Below are positions 11,862 to 23,707 of a stretch of 64,000 nucleotides of DNA, piece after piece. Source of the stretch: Guillardia theta CCMP2712 (taxonomy: Eukaryota; Protista; Cryptophyta); the NCBI RefSeq assembly GCF_000315625.1, contig NW_005434608.1, positions 254,352 to 318,351 of the forward strand, given 5' to 3'. Each line of letters opens with the position of its first letter. Within the stretch, counting starts at the first letter, position 1. The translations under genes and the position numbers were made by a program. The notes below the pieces were generated by a model. The model worked only from the letters and a program-made list of their open reading frames with translations, was not told where the DNA came from and ran no database searches.

Positions 11862-12826
11862 TCATTTGAAAACTTTTAAGATCAGCAAGTTCTCGATACC
11901 CGCTTTCCTTCTCATCACAACCTTTGTTCTGTACCCCTTTGTTCCCATCCACTTGGCAATCTGTCAACAGTTAGACGATGTCACTATACAGTTGTTTTGT
12001 GCCGAAAGCTTTGAAACACATCCTACCTCGTGCGGATCGTTGCTATCTAATGCAACCATGTACAGTCGTCCCTGGGGCGATAAGATTGTCTGTCGAGCAT
12101 ATCAGAAAGGATTCTCATGGCGAGATACTCAACCTCAATTTTCTCCAAAACTTTATCGACAACTTCCCTGCCTTTATCACCCCCAGCCCACGATCTCGCA
12201 ATCCAAGAGCTCTGGTGAGAACACGAGTAACGCTGCAGATATCACGCGCGGATCCTTGTCAATACCTCGATCTCTTCATGAGGGGTTGGGACGTAGGGAG
12301 GATTGAAGAGCAAGACATCTATTCCACTCTGAGGTTGAGTCAGAAAGCATGAGGCGACACCAGGAGGCCTACGGGAAGGTTAATGGCCGAGAACAGGTCC
12401 ATGTTGAGCAGGTCGATCTTGAGCTGTTCAGCATGCTCACTTACTCGCACATGCTCTTTGCAAGGGGGGGTAACCTCGTTAGCTTCAAACGTTCGGCGAG
12501 CTGCTGCTACTGCATGCGGGTTGATGTCGGAAGCTATGTACGCTGGGCCCTTGAGGTTCAAGGCTAGGAATGCCGTGATGCACCCCGACCCGCACCTGCA
12601 CAACATTCAGGGGTTTGGAGGAGGAGGATAATTTCTTGATGTACCCGAGCTCAAAGACAAATCCAGGTCTTGCAGCTCTGATATCTTCAAGCTCTTTTTC
12701 TAGGGCATCCATGAAGAGGAAAGTATCCTCGGCCGGTTCGTAAACATGCTCCCAATCACTCCCTGTGAGCGGGATAACCTGCCACGGCGATTCAGTCCTT
12801 GCTGCATGCGTGCAGTATTGCTCCAT
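11862..12826 (-). CDS. N6AMT1: HemK2/N6AMT1 (Mtq2) eRF1 glutamine methyltransferase
   Basis: VYEPAEDTFLFMDALE, ELG|CGSGCI, SDINPHA, DVLLFNPPYVPT, SWAGGDKGREV, LSPQGRLYMV, RKAGIENLLIL across short-intron exons. Confidence 0.93.
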
Positions 12827-13544
12827 CCACCGGATCTCGCTTCAATGATTGACCAGCCATGCCGTGACGCGATGCAGGGTGGGTTCCTGCGCTCGCCAGG
12901 ACTGGGGAAACTTGCTGGAAGAGGAGGAGGATGGAAAGGGCGCGGGTACAAGTCGTCACTTTTCTTACTCTCTCGCAATCTCACAACCCCGAAGCTTCAG
13001 ATCGATGCAGGTGTAAGAGCAACATGTTTCCTGCTTCTTTGACGATCTCAATTCTTGCGCCCTCGTGAATTCTCAACTTGACCGATCTGTGTGAGAACAG
13101 ACTGAGTGAGAGAGCCGAACGGTCAGCTACATCTTGACACATCTTCCTCTTCCTCCTCCATCCTTCATCCCACCTCGCCTTCCTCCTCCTCCTCCTGGTC
13201 AACAGCTCCTAGCTAGAGTTGCATCTCGCATGTTGAGCTAATAATAGCATCAAAATTCGGACTTGAAATTGAAATTTCAACCAAATGGTCGAAAAATCCA
13301 CAGATTCAAAGAGAAATTTGAATATTACATGGATAATTTGAATACTATATGGAGGATTTCTTTATTGTGGGTTTTCAAATAATTTATTGTAAGAATCGGA
13401 ATGTTATTCCGATTGTGCAAAATGTATGGGATTTTTATTGGAATCCATAAACTTCTATAAATTCTGGTACACTCCGAAAACATTGAAAAGAGTAGTATAT
13501 GATAGCTAATAAAAGCTTCGGGAAGAATCCTTACGTAAGAGACG

Positions 13545-13810
13545 AGAGAGGGGAAGGGGAGGGAGAGCAGGGGAGGAGGAGAGAGCGAGAGCGAGCGAGC
13601 GAGCGATAGAGCGAGGGAGAGAGCGAGGGAGAGAGCGAGGGAGCGAGAGAGAGCAAGAGCAAGAGCGAGAGCGAGAGAAAGAGAGCGAGAGAGGAGAGAG
13701 AGCGAGTGCGAGAGCAAGCGAGAGCGAGAAAAAGGAAGGAGCGAGAGAGAGGGAGAGAGAGAAAGAGAGCGAGAGAGCGAGAGAGCGAGGAGAGAGAGAG
13801 AGAGAGTAGA
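13545..13810. repeat. GA-rich low-complexity tract
   Basis: (GA)n/(GAGC)n run next to an AT-rich block at 13240-13520. Confidence 0.85.
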
Positions 13811-13939
13811 GAAGATCGTAGAGGACAGCTCTATACGGAAAAGAACCGGCGTGAAGGTTTAGATAGGCAAGGAGAGAATCGAAAAGACGGAAAGGCGGGG
13901 AGGGCGTAACGACGTGTCAGTCTTAAAGATCCTGCGAAT

Positions 13940-16165
13940 GCCAATCTGATTGAACAACTTCGACCGACCGTGTCAAGATCTCCACAGCTTCTGGTTCAAC
14001 GCTACCATTCGATTTGCTCTCTTCCGAACACGACAGTCCTCTGTTCGCCTAGTTTGTCACTGACACAACAAGAGACAAGATGAACAAGTTGAAGACGATC
14101 AGTTGCATGATGGGTGAGCATCTAGCTTTCGCTCACCTTTGTGACATGATTGTGCAGGAAAAACAACACCAAGGCTGTCAAGAAGTTATTCCTTCCACGT
14201 CCTTCATCCGCAGATGCGACGGATTCGCCCAGTCGCCCCACGTCTTCACATGCCATGGTTGCGACAGGGGAGGCATTTCTCGGAGGGACCAGAGAGGTTC
14301 GCACGATCGATATTGATGACAATGCAAAGATGGTCCTTTGATCATGTTCGCAGCGGCCCTGAGAGGAAGGAAGGCGCCGCCAATGCACAGAGCAAGGTTG
14401 ATTGCACTTGGGGGTTTAAGAGCAGAGACGCTATCCTTGAAGTGCTCGACGACAACAGGCAGATCAGCCAGCAGATGGTTAGGACTTGCTTGTTGGGAGG
14501 GTGCCGAAGATCTCATACCTTCATGCTTCTAGCTTTTCAGTTCCATGATGCCCTTGAAGAAGTTGAACATGTAAAAAAGGCCTGTTGGGTGTTGGTGATA
14601 TTCGCTGACATACTGCCAAGTTCGAAGGAGGGCATTGAGATGGGGACAATACACGCATTCTTGTGCATTGCTGAGATGTGAGATTGTAGTTTCCTCTTGT
14701 GAAGTCACCGAACTCATGGTGGCCAGGTATCGAAGCCGCGATGAAAGCAAGTTCGAGATTCACAGTTCTAGCATCTTGAACGGAGGCCTGGCCATGCAGT
14801 TTGCGAAGCAGGCCCAGATCGTAAGTCCGCTGTCACGTGAGTGTTAGCTCATACTGTGCGAAGGATGAAACACGCCGGATTGTATCCGTCGATTCAGTTC
14901 CGAGATGTACGTGTCGAGTAGCAGTTAACCGTCTGGCAGTTTTGGCTAACCGAGCTCCCCAGTTGAAGTCGTCGTTGCTGTACTCTATCGTCACCTTCGA
15001 AGAAGTCGTGCCAGACTTTGAAGGGTATCCTGAGCTTGCTTGTCAACAGCAGCCTGACTGGTCGTGCAGACATTGGTCTGTTCGATTCTTTGGCAAGAAC
15101 ATGCTTTCCAGTTTCATCACAGTCCGTGCTTTTTCCTCTGATACTCTCTTCCTGACGTTGGTGAACCGACTGCAGATTGCTTCAAGTTATCTTCAACTAG
15201 CTCAGACGATGCAACCTGTGATCTCAAGAATATCGTTTGTTCGATTCTTATCTCTGCACTCCAGGTTCATCTACAAGTGACCATGCATATTAAAGGAAGA
15301 CAACGGATCAGCTTCGTCAACCTTGAACAGTGGGAGCATCGACCCCCCATGATAGATGAGACAAGCTCGGACGACACGGGCTTTGAAGACTTCGATCACG
15401 TTTGGTTGCTGGAAGCTATGATCGACTGGAAGGATTTCATGTGAGAGCAAGAGCCTGTTGTTGTTAGGGGAGTTCATGTTCGTGTTCATGTCTTTGTCTT
15501 CTTTTGCCCATTGTTTTTCGCTGTGGTAGTGGTGATCATTTGGATGATGGAAGGCGAAAGGCTAGAGAAGGAGGGAGTGAACCGGAGGAGAAGTTTGGTG
15601 ACTGAGGAGGAGGAGGAGGAGGAGGAGGAGGAGGAGGAGGAGGAGGAGGAGGAGGAGGAGGAGGAGGGGGAAGGAAGGAAGGAAGGAAGAGGAGGAGGAT
15701 AGAAAGTGTATTTGGAAGGTGTATTCGTGTGGTGGTTGCGTTCAGGACTCATCGCTGAGTGACTGGAGGGAGCGGGGGGTGGGGGGGGAAAGAAGAAAGA
15801 GGTCGAGCATCAAGCTTGGGGGCTGATCAACTTGAACAGACAAATGAATCAGATGCCGACCGGCTTCGAGTCCGGGGAGGATCACGAGAACATCCAGTAC
15901 AGGTTGAGGGAGAAGAGACTAGGTTGATTGGCCCTTGACATGACGCCAGGTGGATAGTTAAAGACATCAACGAGCACATGGAGACAATCGGCGAGCAGAG
16001 CAAGTGGAACATCAGATGGTCGTGATATGCAGACTGATCTACTTGCTGACTTTTAGTTGCAAACAGGTGAACGACTGCAGAAGCTCTATGCAACACAGTG
16101 CAACCGTCCAGTGGCCTCCAAAGATGGCACGATGTGCATACTACTACAACACGATCCCACATAAA
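13940..16165 (+). CDS. Hypothetical multi-exon gene; boundaries approximate
   Basis: Alternating coding-like segments and ~45-nt GT-AG introns; no domain recognised. Confidence 0.35.
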
Positions 16166-16278
16166 CATGTTCATTCAAAAGTCGGATTGAGAGTCAAAGT
16201 AGCTGTAGTTTCCCATGCTTGTTTGCACGATGATACTTTGAAGCGCGGTCTTGAAAACTTATCGGGTTCTCGTTTGCA

Positions 16279-18163
16279 TCATTCCTCTCCGATCCCTTTT
16301 GTCTTGTGCAGCTCGTACCAGTGATGATCCTATCAAACGACATCATCAGCATGTCCATCGTGAAACCACCTCCGGACCTTCTTCGATTTTCTCAGGCGCA
16401 CGATGACTGTATCCTTCTTGACTCGGACGTTGCTCTCCTCAGGGATGATCTCTTCACTAAGTTTCGGAACTTGCAATCTATGGTTGAAACCTGCAAGCAG
16501 CTGTTAGATCCACATTCCCCGAGCTTGTTCCTTTCACACCCCTTTGTCCCATCCTCAACCTCCTCGCTTTCATTCTGCCCATCTCCTCCTCCTCTTCCTC
16601 CTCCCCCCGCCTCCCACCACATCTCCTCCTCACCGCATCTCCTCCTCACTTACCATTGTAGTTCATGATCCTGATACTGCAACTCCTCACGTCAAAATCC
16701 GCTGTCACTGAGCTCTCCGGCAGGTCGCCAACCTTGGGCATCGAGATGTAGACCCTGACAGCTTCCCGTCACCTCCAACCACTGCGAGTCGAGTTCCCTC
16801 ACTTGACCCAGCCATCCTCGTCCTCGAACGAGTAGCTGCTGATTGTCTTGTAATGAATAATCTCCTCCTGCTTCGCAGCACGCGTGCGAATCTGCGGTCA
16901 CATGAGCAAGTTTCCCCGTTACCCTCCTCCCCTCCGCCTGAACCTGCTTCGGCGCCTCCACTGGAGCTGGCGCCTCATCAGTGGCCTTGCGGGACCAGTA
17001 GTAGTAGGATTTGTCCTTAGCCTTCACTTTGGACAGCTCGATCGCATTCTTCACTTCGGATGAGTTCACCACAATCCGCTCGTTGTTCTCTGCCACCGAG
17101 TTAGAACTTCGCGCCTCATCCCCTCCTCCTCCTTCCCCACCCTTCATGGCCTCCTCAAGCGTCACAATCCAGATGTCATCTCCGTTCTTAAACGTCTTGG
17201 CGATCGGAGCGTCGGCAGGAACGACAACCTGCAGGACAGGTAAGGGGGAACTTTGACGGTTCCCTTCGTTCTCACCTGACCGTCTGTTCGCGCACACAAG
17301 GAGTACTTGTCCAGCCCTTCCACCTCTGAGTTGTTCTTGTGCTTCTCATTGTAGATCCTCACAAAGTCCTGCACAGCAGGTTACAAACAAGGACCGAGTA
17401 TCTACCGAGAAAGACACCTCTATCAAGCTTCCCACGGTTTTGCCAGCGTCAGTGATCTGGAAGACTTGTGTAGCGTTTGGATCTTGTCTTGACGACGCAG
17501 CTGAATGTAAGCATTAGAAGCACATCCAAGGCTCGGCATACTGCCCTCACCACTCTCGTAATGAGCATACACTTTCATCTTTACTGTCTCCTTCTTGGCT
17601 TCTGAGCCGTTGGCGTGAGCCGAGGTGATGCTAGATTCGTTGCTGGACCCTGTTGCCGTTTAACCAGCTAAGATCGAGGGCAGGGAAGGTCTTACCATCC
17701 AGATTTCTAGGCTTAGAAGACTCCAGGACGTTAACAAATACATCATCTCCAGCTGACACATAGTCTTTCAACTTCGCATCTTCAGGTATGATTTTGCTGA
17801 AGGAACCCCGTCAATGAAGATCAAGTACCAGATATTCTTTGACAAAGAGTGCATTCAAACTCAACCAAACTGATCGTTACATCCCACATATCAAACTCAC
17901 CTTCCAATCTTCAACTCAATCTTCGCAGGCTCCAGAAAGCACTTGTGCCCGTACTTTGAGTTGTACTTGGAGCAGAAGAAAGCCTTAAGGTCCGCGCAGG
18001 ATGGAGGCTTTTCCCCTCCTTCCACCAGGGCCTCATCGATCATGAAGGGACTTGTGTATGCTGGTCTTTCCTCCTCTCCTCCCTTCTCGTCCTCCTCTAC
18101 ATGACAGTATCCTTTCCCTCCCGGCATTGCGAGTTCTCTAAACCACGACCACCCACCAGTCAT
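16279..18163 (-). CDS. CS (p23/SGT1/CacyBP-like) domain protein with duplicated N-terminal module
   Basis: C-terminal exons: KTISSYSFEDEDGWVK|VYISMPKVGDLPESSVTADFDVRSCSIRIMNYNG|FNHRLQVPKLSEEIIPEESNVRVKKDTVIVRLRKSKK|DHHWYELHK. Confidence 0.75.
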
Positions 18164-18610
18164 GATACCACCAACTCGCCTACCCCCTACCTACTCCAAG
18201 TCCTCGAATCACCCACCCTGACTGTATTGGCGGTTCAGCACCCTACCCCTCCTTCCATCCCAACGCATCATTGGGCAATTTCGATCAAATGACTGAAACC
18301 ATGTTGTTCAATTTGAAACTATCATTAACTTAATTTCAAATTATCTATGAAAAAAACTTCCAGAACTTCTGGTTGGATGGGGGAGGTCCAACCCTACCCC
18401 ACTTTTCGAAATCGACAATTTCATAAATTCCACGTCAAATAACAAATAAACTATAATACGATGTTTGTATTCCATCAATAGACTACAAAAGAATCAATAT
18501 TCAATTGGCACCATGCACAAAGCCCGAGACTATAGAAACCTTGCTGCCATATCCTTTCACTGTAGTGATACTCTGGGGCAGGCTCGTAAAATCCTTCGGC
18601 CCCCATCACC

Positions 18611-20451
18611 ATGCTGCGCCTCCTAAGCGTCGGTCTGCTGCTGGCAGCGCAGGGGTCGAGCATGGGCTACGAGCTCAAGAGATTCGGGCTAGGATCCCAT
18701 GCTCGCCTTGCTCCTTGCGTTCAGCCAGGCTTCGTTAGCTTCTCAGCCCTCCCCAAGTTTGCAATGCGAGCCCCGAGCGACCTGGCGGTTGCTCGTCTCC
18801 GTCCCAAGGCTGCTTTCGCTGTGAGAAGAGCAAGGCTCGGTTGCCGCTCCTTGGGCATGATGGCTGACGAGGGAGAATCTCCGCATGCATCAGTAGACAG
18901 CGACGAGGCTGAAGCTACTTGGACTCTCCAGGACGACCTAGAACGAATCCGTGCAGCACTGGATCCTGGATCCGAAAGCGGCCGCAAACTGCAGGAGACC
19001 ATAGAGAAGCTGGAGAAACTCAGCGATGCTGCCGTCCAGCCCAAGTCCACCAAGTTGTTCAAGTCGGTGAAGAAGAGGACAGGGGCATTCGCTGTCATGG
19101 TTGAGACTTGTCTGGAGGAAGGGAGCGAGCAGGAGGTGGTGGACCTGTCGCGACAAATCCGGCAGAGCAAATCATCAGGGATCATGATAGACGTCAGGAA
19201 CACTTTCTCCTCAGATGGAAGACAAAGCTTCGATCAAGTATTCATGGAACAAGTGCTGCACCATTGCAAGCCTGCTGACTTGTTCCACAGATATCCCAGG
19301 AGCAGAGATCGGCAAAGGGAAATTTTCCAGGGCCATGCCCGATTGTTGTTCGCCATCGATCTATTGCACATCCATGGCAGGTACCTCAGTCAGCTACTGG
19401 AGGACAGCTACGTATGCTGACCTGTTCCTGCCTGTCAGGTTGCCGAGATCTCGTGTGCAGGAGCAGAAGGGGTCGTGTTGTCCTGTGCCGCACTGTCCGA
19501 TCAGGAGTGGTATCACCTCTGCTGTCCTCACAAGAAGCACCACCACGTCTCTCCCTGTCTATCACCTCTTCCTTCAGAATCCTTTCGGCTCCTCGAGATT
19601 TCTCTCTCTTTAGTTCACCGAGACTGACGTCGATGGCTGACCGTTGTACCTCGGCAGGGGCTCAAAGCTGATTCAGAGCTGCAACTTTCTTGGACTTGGT
19701 CGGGGCTCTTGTCTTGAGTTGCAGCGTCTCGTGATGACTCTGAACTTCCAGAGGTCCTTGTGGAAGTATCCGATGAGGACGAAGTGAAGCAAGCTGTGGA
19801 GGTTGCGGCGTTAAGGCTGACTTCGACGTGATGATCCTTTCCTGTCAGGCTGGAGCAAAGATTGTTTGTGTCAGAGGGGTTGAGAGTGTGGAGGAGGCTG
19901 TCATCCTCAGGGCGAGCATCCCCGACGTGCGTTGTTGGCTGGTGCCAAAGTGTGGAGTCCTGACAAGTCTTGCAGACTTGCGCGGCCGTGTGTGCTGTCC
20001 CAGCCCAACAGGAAGACAACAATGAGGTTTCTTCTGCTGTTTCCGCTGCCTTCCCCTGTGATTGGTTTTCCTGCTCTCAGATAGTTGAGGTCGAGCGTCT
20101 GAAACAGGCCAAGTATGATGCAGTCATCCTCATGGACGCAGCCCTCTCCGCTGGCCCGGACCGTTACTACGTGCAGTTCGCACTCAACGAGATTCTTGTT
20201 GGTCTCCACGCCCCATCCTGCACGGCACTGACACGTGACGATCCCTTCAGAGCAAGAAGAGCAGCTCGTACTCCTTCGGGACGATGGGAACGTCAGGAGA
20301 GGTTGGCCCACATCCCACCTCTCTCGTCGCTAATGCTCCTCTCAGCCCGATAAGCCGCCCCCCGGCATGATGCCGGCAGCGCAAGAGGCGGCGAAGAGGA
20401 ATCCAAGGTGAGTTGGGGTGTCGCTACGACACTTGCTGACAAATCTTCTTG

Positions 20452-20506
<55 letters not shown>

Positions 20507-20698
20507 TCCGGGCCCGCCTTCTCTCCATCGCTCACTGACTCTCACAAAGGGCATGGGCGAAGGCGCAGCGGGAGGCGAAGAAGATCGTCTCCGACTACAA
20601 GAGGGGAGTGAGGTATGGAGGGTTGGAAACCGTCGTACTATGTATTTCTCTTGATCTCTTCTTTTTGCAGGGTACTGGACAAGTCAAGACAGTTCTAA
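18611..20698 (+). CDS. Indole-3-glycerol-phosphate synthase-like TIM-barrel protein (degenerate) with bipartite presequence
   Basis: Signal plus basic transit-like region; GPCPIVV, HPWQ|VAEISCAGAEGVVL, EVLVEVSDEDEVKQAVE|AGAKIVCV, YDAVIL follow the TrpC layout; spliced end VLDKSRQF*. Confidence 0.7.
20449..20504. repeat. (CTGC)n intronic microsatellite
   Basis: Lies in the intron starting gtgag at ~20408. Confidence 0.9.
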
Positions 20699-20707
20699 GG
20701 AAATAAA

Positions 20708-20945
20708 ACCCGGGCCGCGCCGGCCCCGGGCGGATCCGTTCAATTTTTTGCTGGCCCGGCGCACTGACAACCGTTGAACCGCAACACTGTCAGCGAGCTC
20801 ACTGAGTCAGGATTCCTCACTGAGTCGGGATTCCGAAGTTTGCAAGCGGCCCGGCCCGGGCCCCGGCTGGCCGGAACTTGGCAAATCGCCGGGACCGTCA
20901 CCCGGTCGGCCCGGCCCCGCCGAGTTGAGTGAGTGCATGGTCACT
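20708..20945. promoter_or_regulatory. GC-rich island upstream of the GNAT-TadA gene
   Basis: ccgggcc clusters with two actgagtc motifs. Confidence 0.45.
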
Positions 20946-21097
20946 GAGGCGGACCCCTCTTGTTGCCCTTCGCCCCTGAGTCCATGGCGGGGCAGATGTC
21001 GAGCGGTCGCATCTCCCCAGCCGCGTATGTTGTGCTCCCCACCGTGAGCCTCCTGCTCTCCCCTCCTCTCCCCCTCACATTCCAACGCTCATGCAGC

Positions 21098-22535
21098 ATG
21101 CTGAAAGGCCTCTCGCTGCCCACTGCTCGTCGGCTGCTGACGACGAGACTCATGCGTGAGAACGAAGGAGGAAGGAGAAGAGCGGGGGAGGTGAGGATAG
21201 AGAAGGTGTCGGACAAGCACGAGGCCCTCCTGGACCTCATCCGAGCTTCTGTGCAGGACAACGAGTTCTCGCCCTATGAGGATGTTGAGGAGGCAAAAAG
21301 GTACAAGGAGGGGTTCTCGTACTACCTCGCCAGCCTCTCCTCCTCTGGCGAAACCTGCGGCTTCTTCTCCATGGGATCATCTTTTCCCAGGAGAAGCTCG
21401 CACGTATGCAATCTAGACGTCTACACAGTCAGGTCGTACAGGAGGCAGGGGATCGGATCGATCATGTGCATGGAAGCGCAGCGCATAGCGAGGAGCGAAG
21501 GTGGAGGGAGGAGATGAGCTTACAAAGCTGACGTGTCGCAGGGTTCGAGCTCCTGTGGGCGCCCCTTGTGTTTGTGAGCAATACTGAAGCTTGCGAAATG
21601 ATGAGAGCGATGAACTTCCGCCTGTTGTCTGTCTTGCCGCGCGCAGGGAGGCTGAGAGATGGGAGGAGCAGGACGGACGCGATGCAGTTCTACCTGCCCC
21701 TGCAGGAGAGCAAGCAGAAGCCCGCTGCTCGCGCGCTGACTTCAGAAGGGACGGATGATGCACGAGACGAAGAGTGGATGAAGAGGGCGATGGAGCTGGC
21801 GGAGAGAGCGAAGGAGGGAGGTGAGATTCCTGTAGGAGCTGTGGTTGTCTTAGGAGACGACCTTGTGGGAGAAGGATGCAACATGATACGAGCAAGCGTT
21901 GATCCGAGTGGGCATGCGGAGATGATTGCGATCCGTCAAGCTGCTCAGCGGCTGGGAAATTACAGGTGAGGGAGGAAACGTTGAAGATGAATATGGATAT
22001 GAAGAAGATGGTGAAGGTTAAAGCATTGTGGAGGTGGAGGAGGGGGAGATCAGTTTGATAGATGTTACAACTCGAAGAGGAGATTGGTGTGATAAATGTC
22101 ATAGCAATGGTGATGGTGATAATGATGATGATGACGACGATGACTGCGTCAAGCATGTGCATAGAGACGTTTGTGGAGTGGAACAAAAATAATTTCATTC
22201 TGCCAGGCTCACGCAGTGCACTCTTTATGTCACCTTGGAGCCGTGCTGCATGTGTGCAGGAGCAATCATCCTTGCAAGGATGAAGCGAGTTGTGTTCGGT
22301 GCAAGAGACGTCAAGACAGGATGTGCTGGCTCTGCTCTCGACCTGATCGGGCTTCCGAAGTTCAACCATGTCGCACGAGTGAAGGCCGGAGTGATGGAGG
22401 ATGCATGTTCGAAACAGTGAGGGCCATTTTCTTTCCTCCTGTGCCCGGACTCTGATCTTTCCTTTCAGACTCTCTGATTTCTTTGAGGAGAGGAGAATCG
22501 CAAAATTGAAGGATAAGGAAGGGAAAGCAGGCTAA
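21098..22535 (+). CDS. tadA: Fusion of Mpr1/Spt10-like GNAT acetyltransferase and bacterial-type tRNA adenosine(34) deaminase TadA; alternative start at 20984
   Basis: GNAT: RRSSHVCN, RRQGIG, LVFVSN, LPRAGRL. TadA: DEEWMKRA, EIPVGAVVV, GHAEMIAIRQAAQRLGNYR|L..LYVTLEPCCMCAGAI..FGARDVKTG..FNH. Introns at 21501-21541, 21966-22206 and ~22417-22468. Confidence 0.88.
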
Positions 22536-22608
22536 GGCCGGGGAGCAGACGAAGTTTTTGTTTGTAACGCTTCGAAGCTGTTAATCTTTGTGTTGGTTCA
22601 CTCCGCAT

Positions 22609-22734
22609 TCAACCTACATTGTCCGCGTCCATGTCCGAGCAATTTCTGATGGCATAAAGCAGTTTCTCTGTCATCACCTAGAGTTGGTGTCACTGTCACT
22701 TTCATCGTCATCGTCATCGTCATCATCATCATCA

Positions 22735-22823
<89 letters not shown>

Positions 22824-23671
22824 ATCGTAGTCATCCCCTCCACTTTCTCCATCAACTCGATCTTGATTATTTTCATCTACATGCAGCACTCCCCACTGTC
22901 GTACCTCAATCGAAGAATAAGCAGGAAGATGCAGGGTGAAGAAGCACGTGTCTGCCTTGGGTAATCTAAAGACAACTAGTGATCAAACAGAAAAAATGAC
23001 AATATGAGAGGAAGGTGGAGGAACAAAGAGGAATGATAGGAGAGAAAGACTACAAGAGGACTGGAAAGATGGAGGAAGGAATGGAAAGAAGGATGCGAGG
23101 GGGGAAGGAGGAAGGAGGAAGGAGGAAGGAGGAAGGAGGAAGGAGGAAGGAGGAAGGAGGAAGGATGATAGGAGCAGCACCGATCGTCCCCTGGAGGGAG
23201 CACATGAATCTTGAAAGTCTCTTCGAAGTCACTCGCTCTTGGCAGTCGACTTCTCCCCCAAACAAAGCGGAGGAAGCGCAACCGGTCCCTCTGACTGAAA
23301 CCTCCCAGGACCCTCCACAGGTCCTCCACCACCTCCTTCGCATCCCCGTCCGTGCGGAAGATAGCATGCTCCCTCAGTAACTCCAGGTCGACCTCCGCCT
23401 GACCCGTCACCATGCTCTCCAGCTCACTCCAGTGCAGGAGGAGGAGCGAGCATGGCTGGACGATCTCATGAAGACCCCTTCTGATCGCTGACACCTGCTC
23501 TCTGCTCTCCTCAAGGCGGATGCGGAAAGCAGCGCGCGCCATGGCGGTCCTGCCTGCTGCTGTGCTGCAGCCCGTCGCCTCCTCCGAGCTCAGCAGCACC
23601 TTCCTTCCATCGCTGAGAGAAACCTCCATGGTGCCATCAGCCAGCTCCCACAAGCCGCTGCTACGCTGCTT

Positions 23672-23707
<36 letters not shown>

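Noticed and set aside
21413-22369. 318-aa antisense ORF
   Set aside because: Shadow of the GNAT-TadA gene spanning its low-complexity intron
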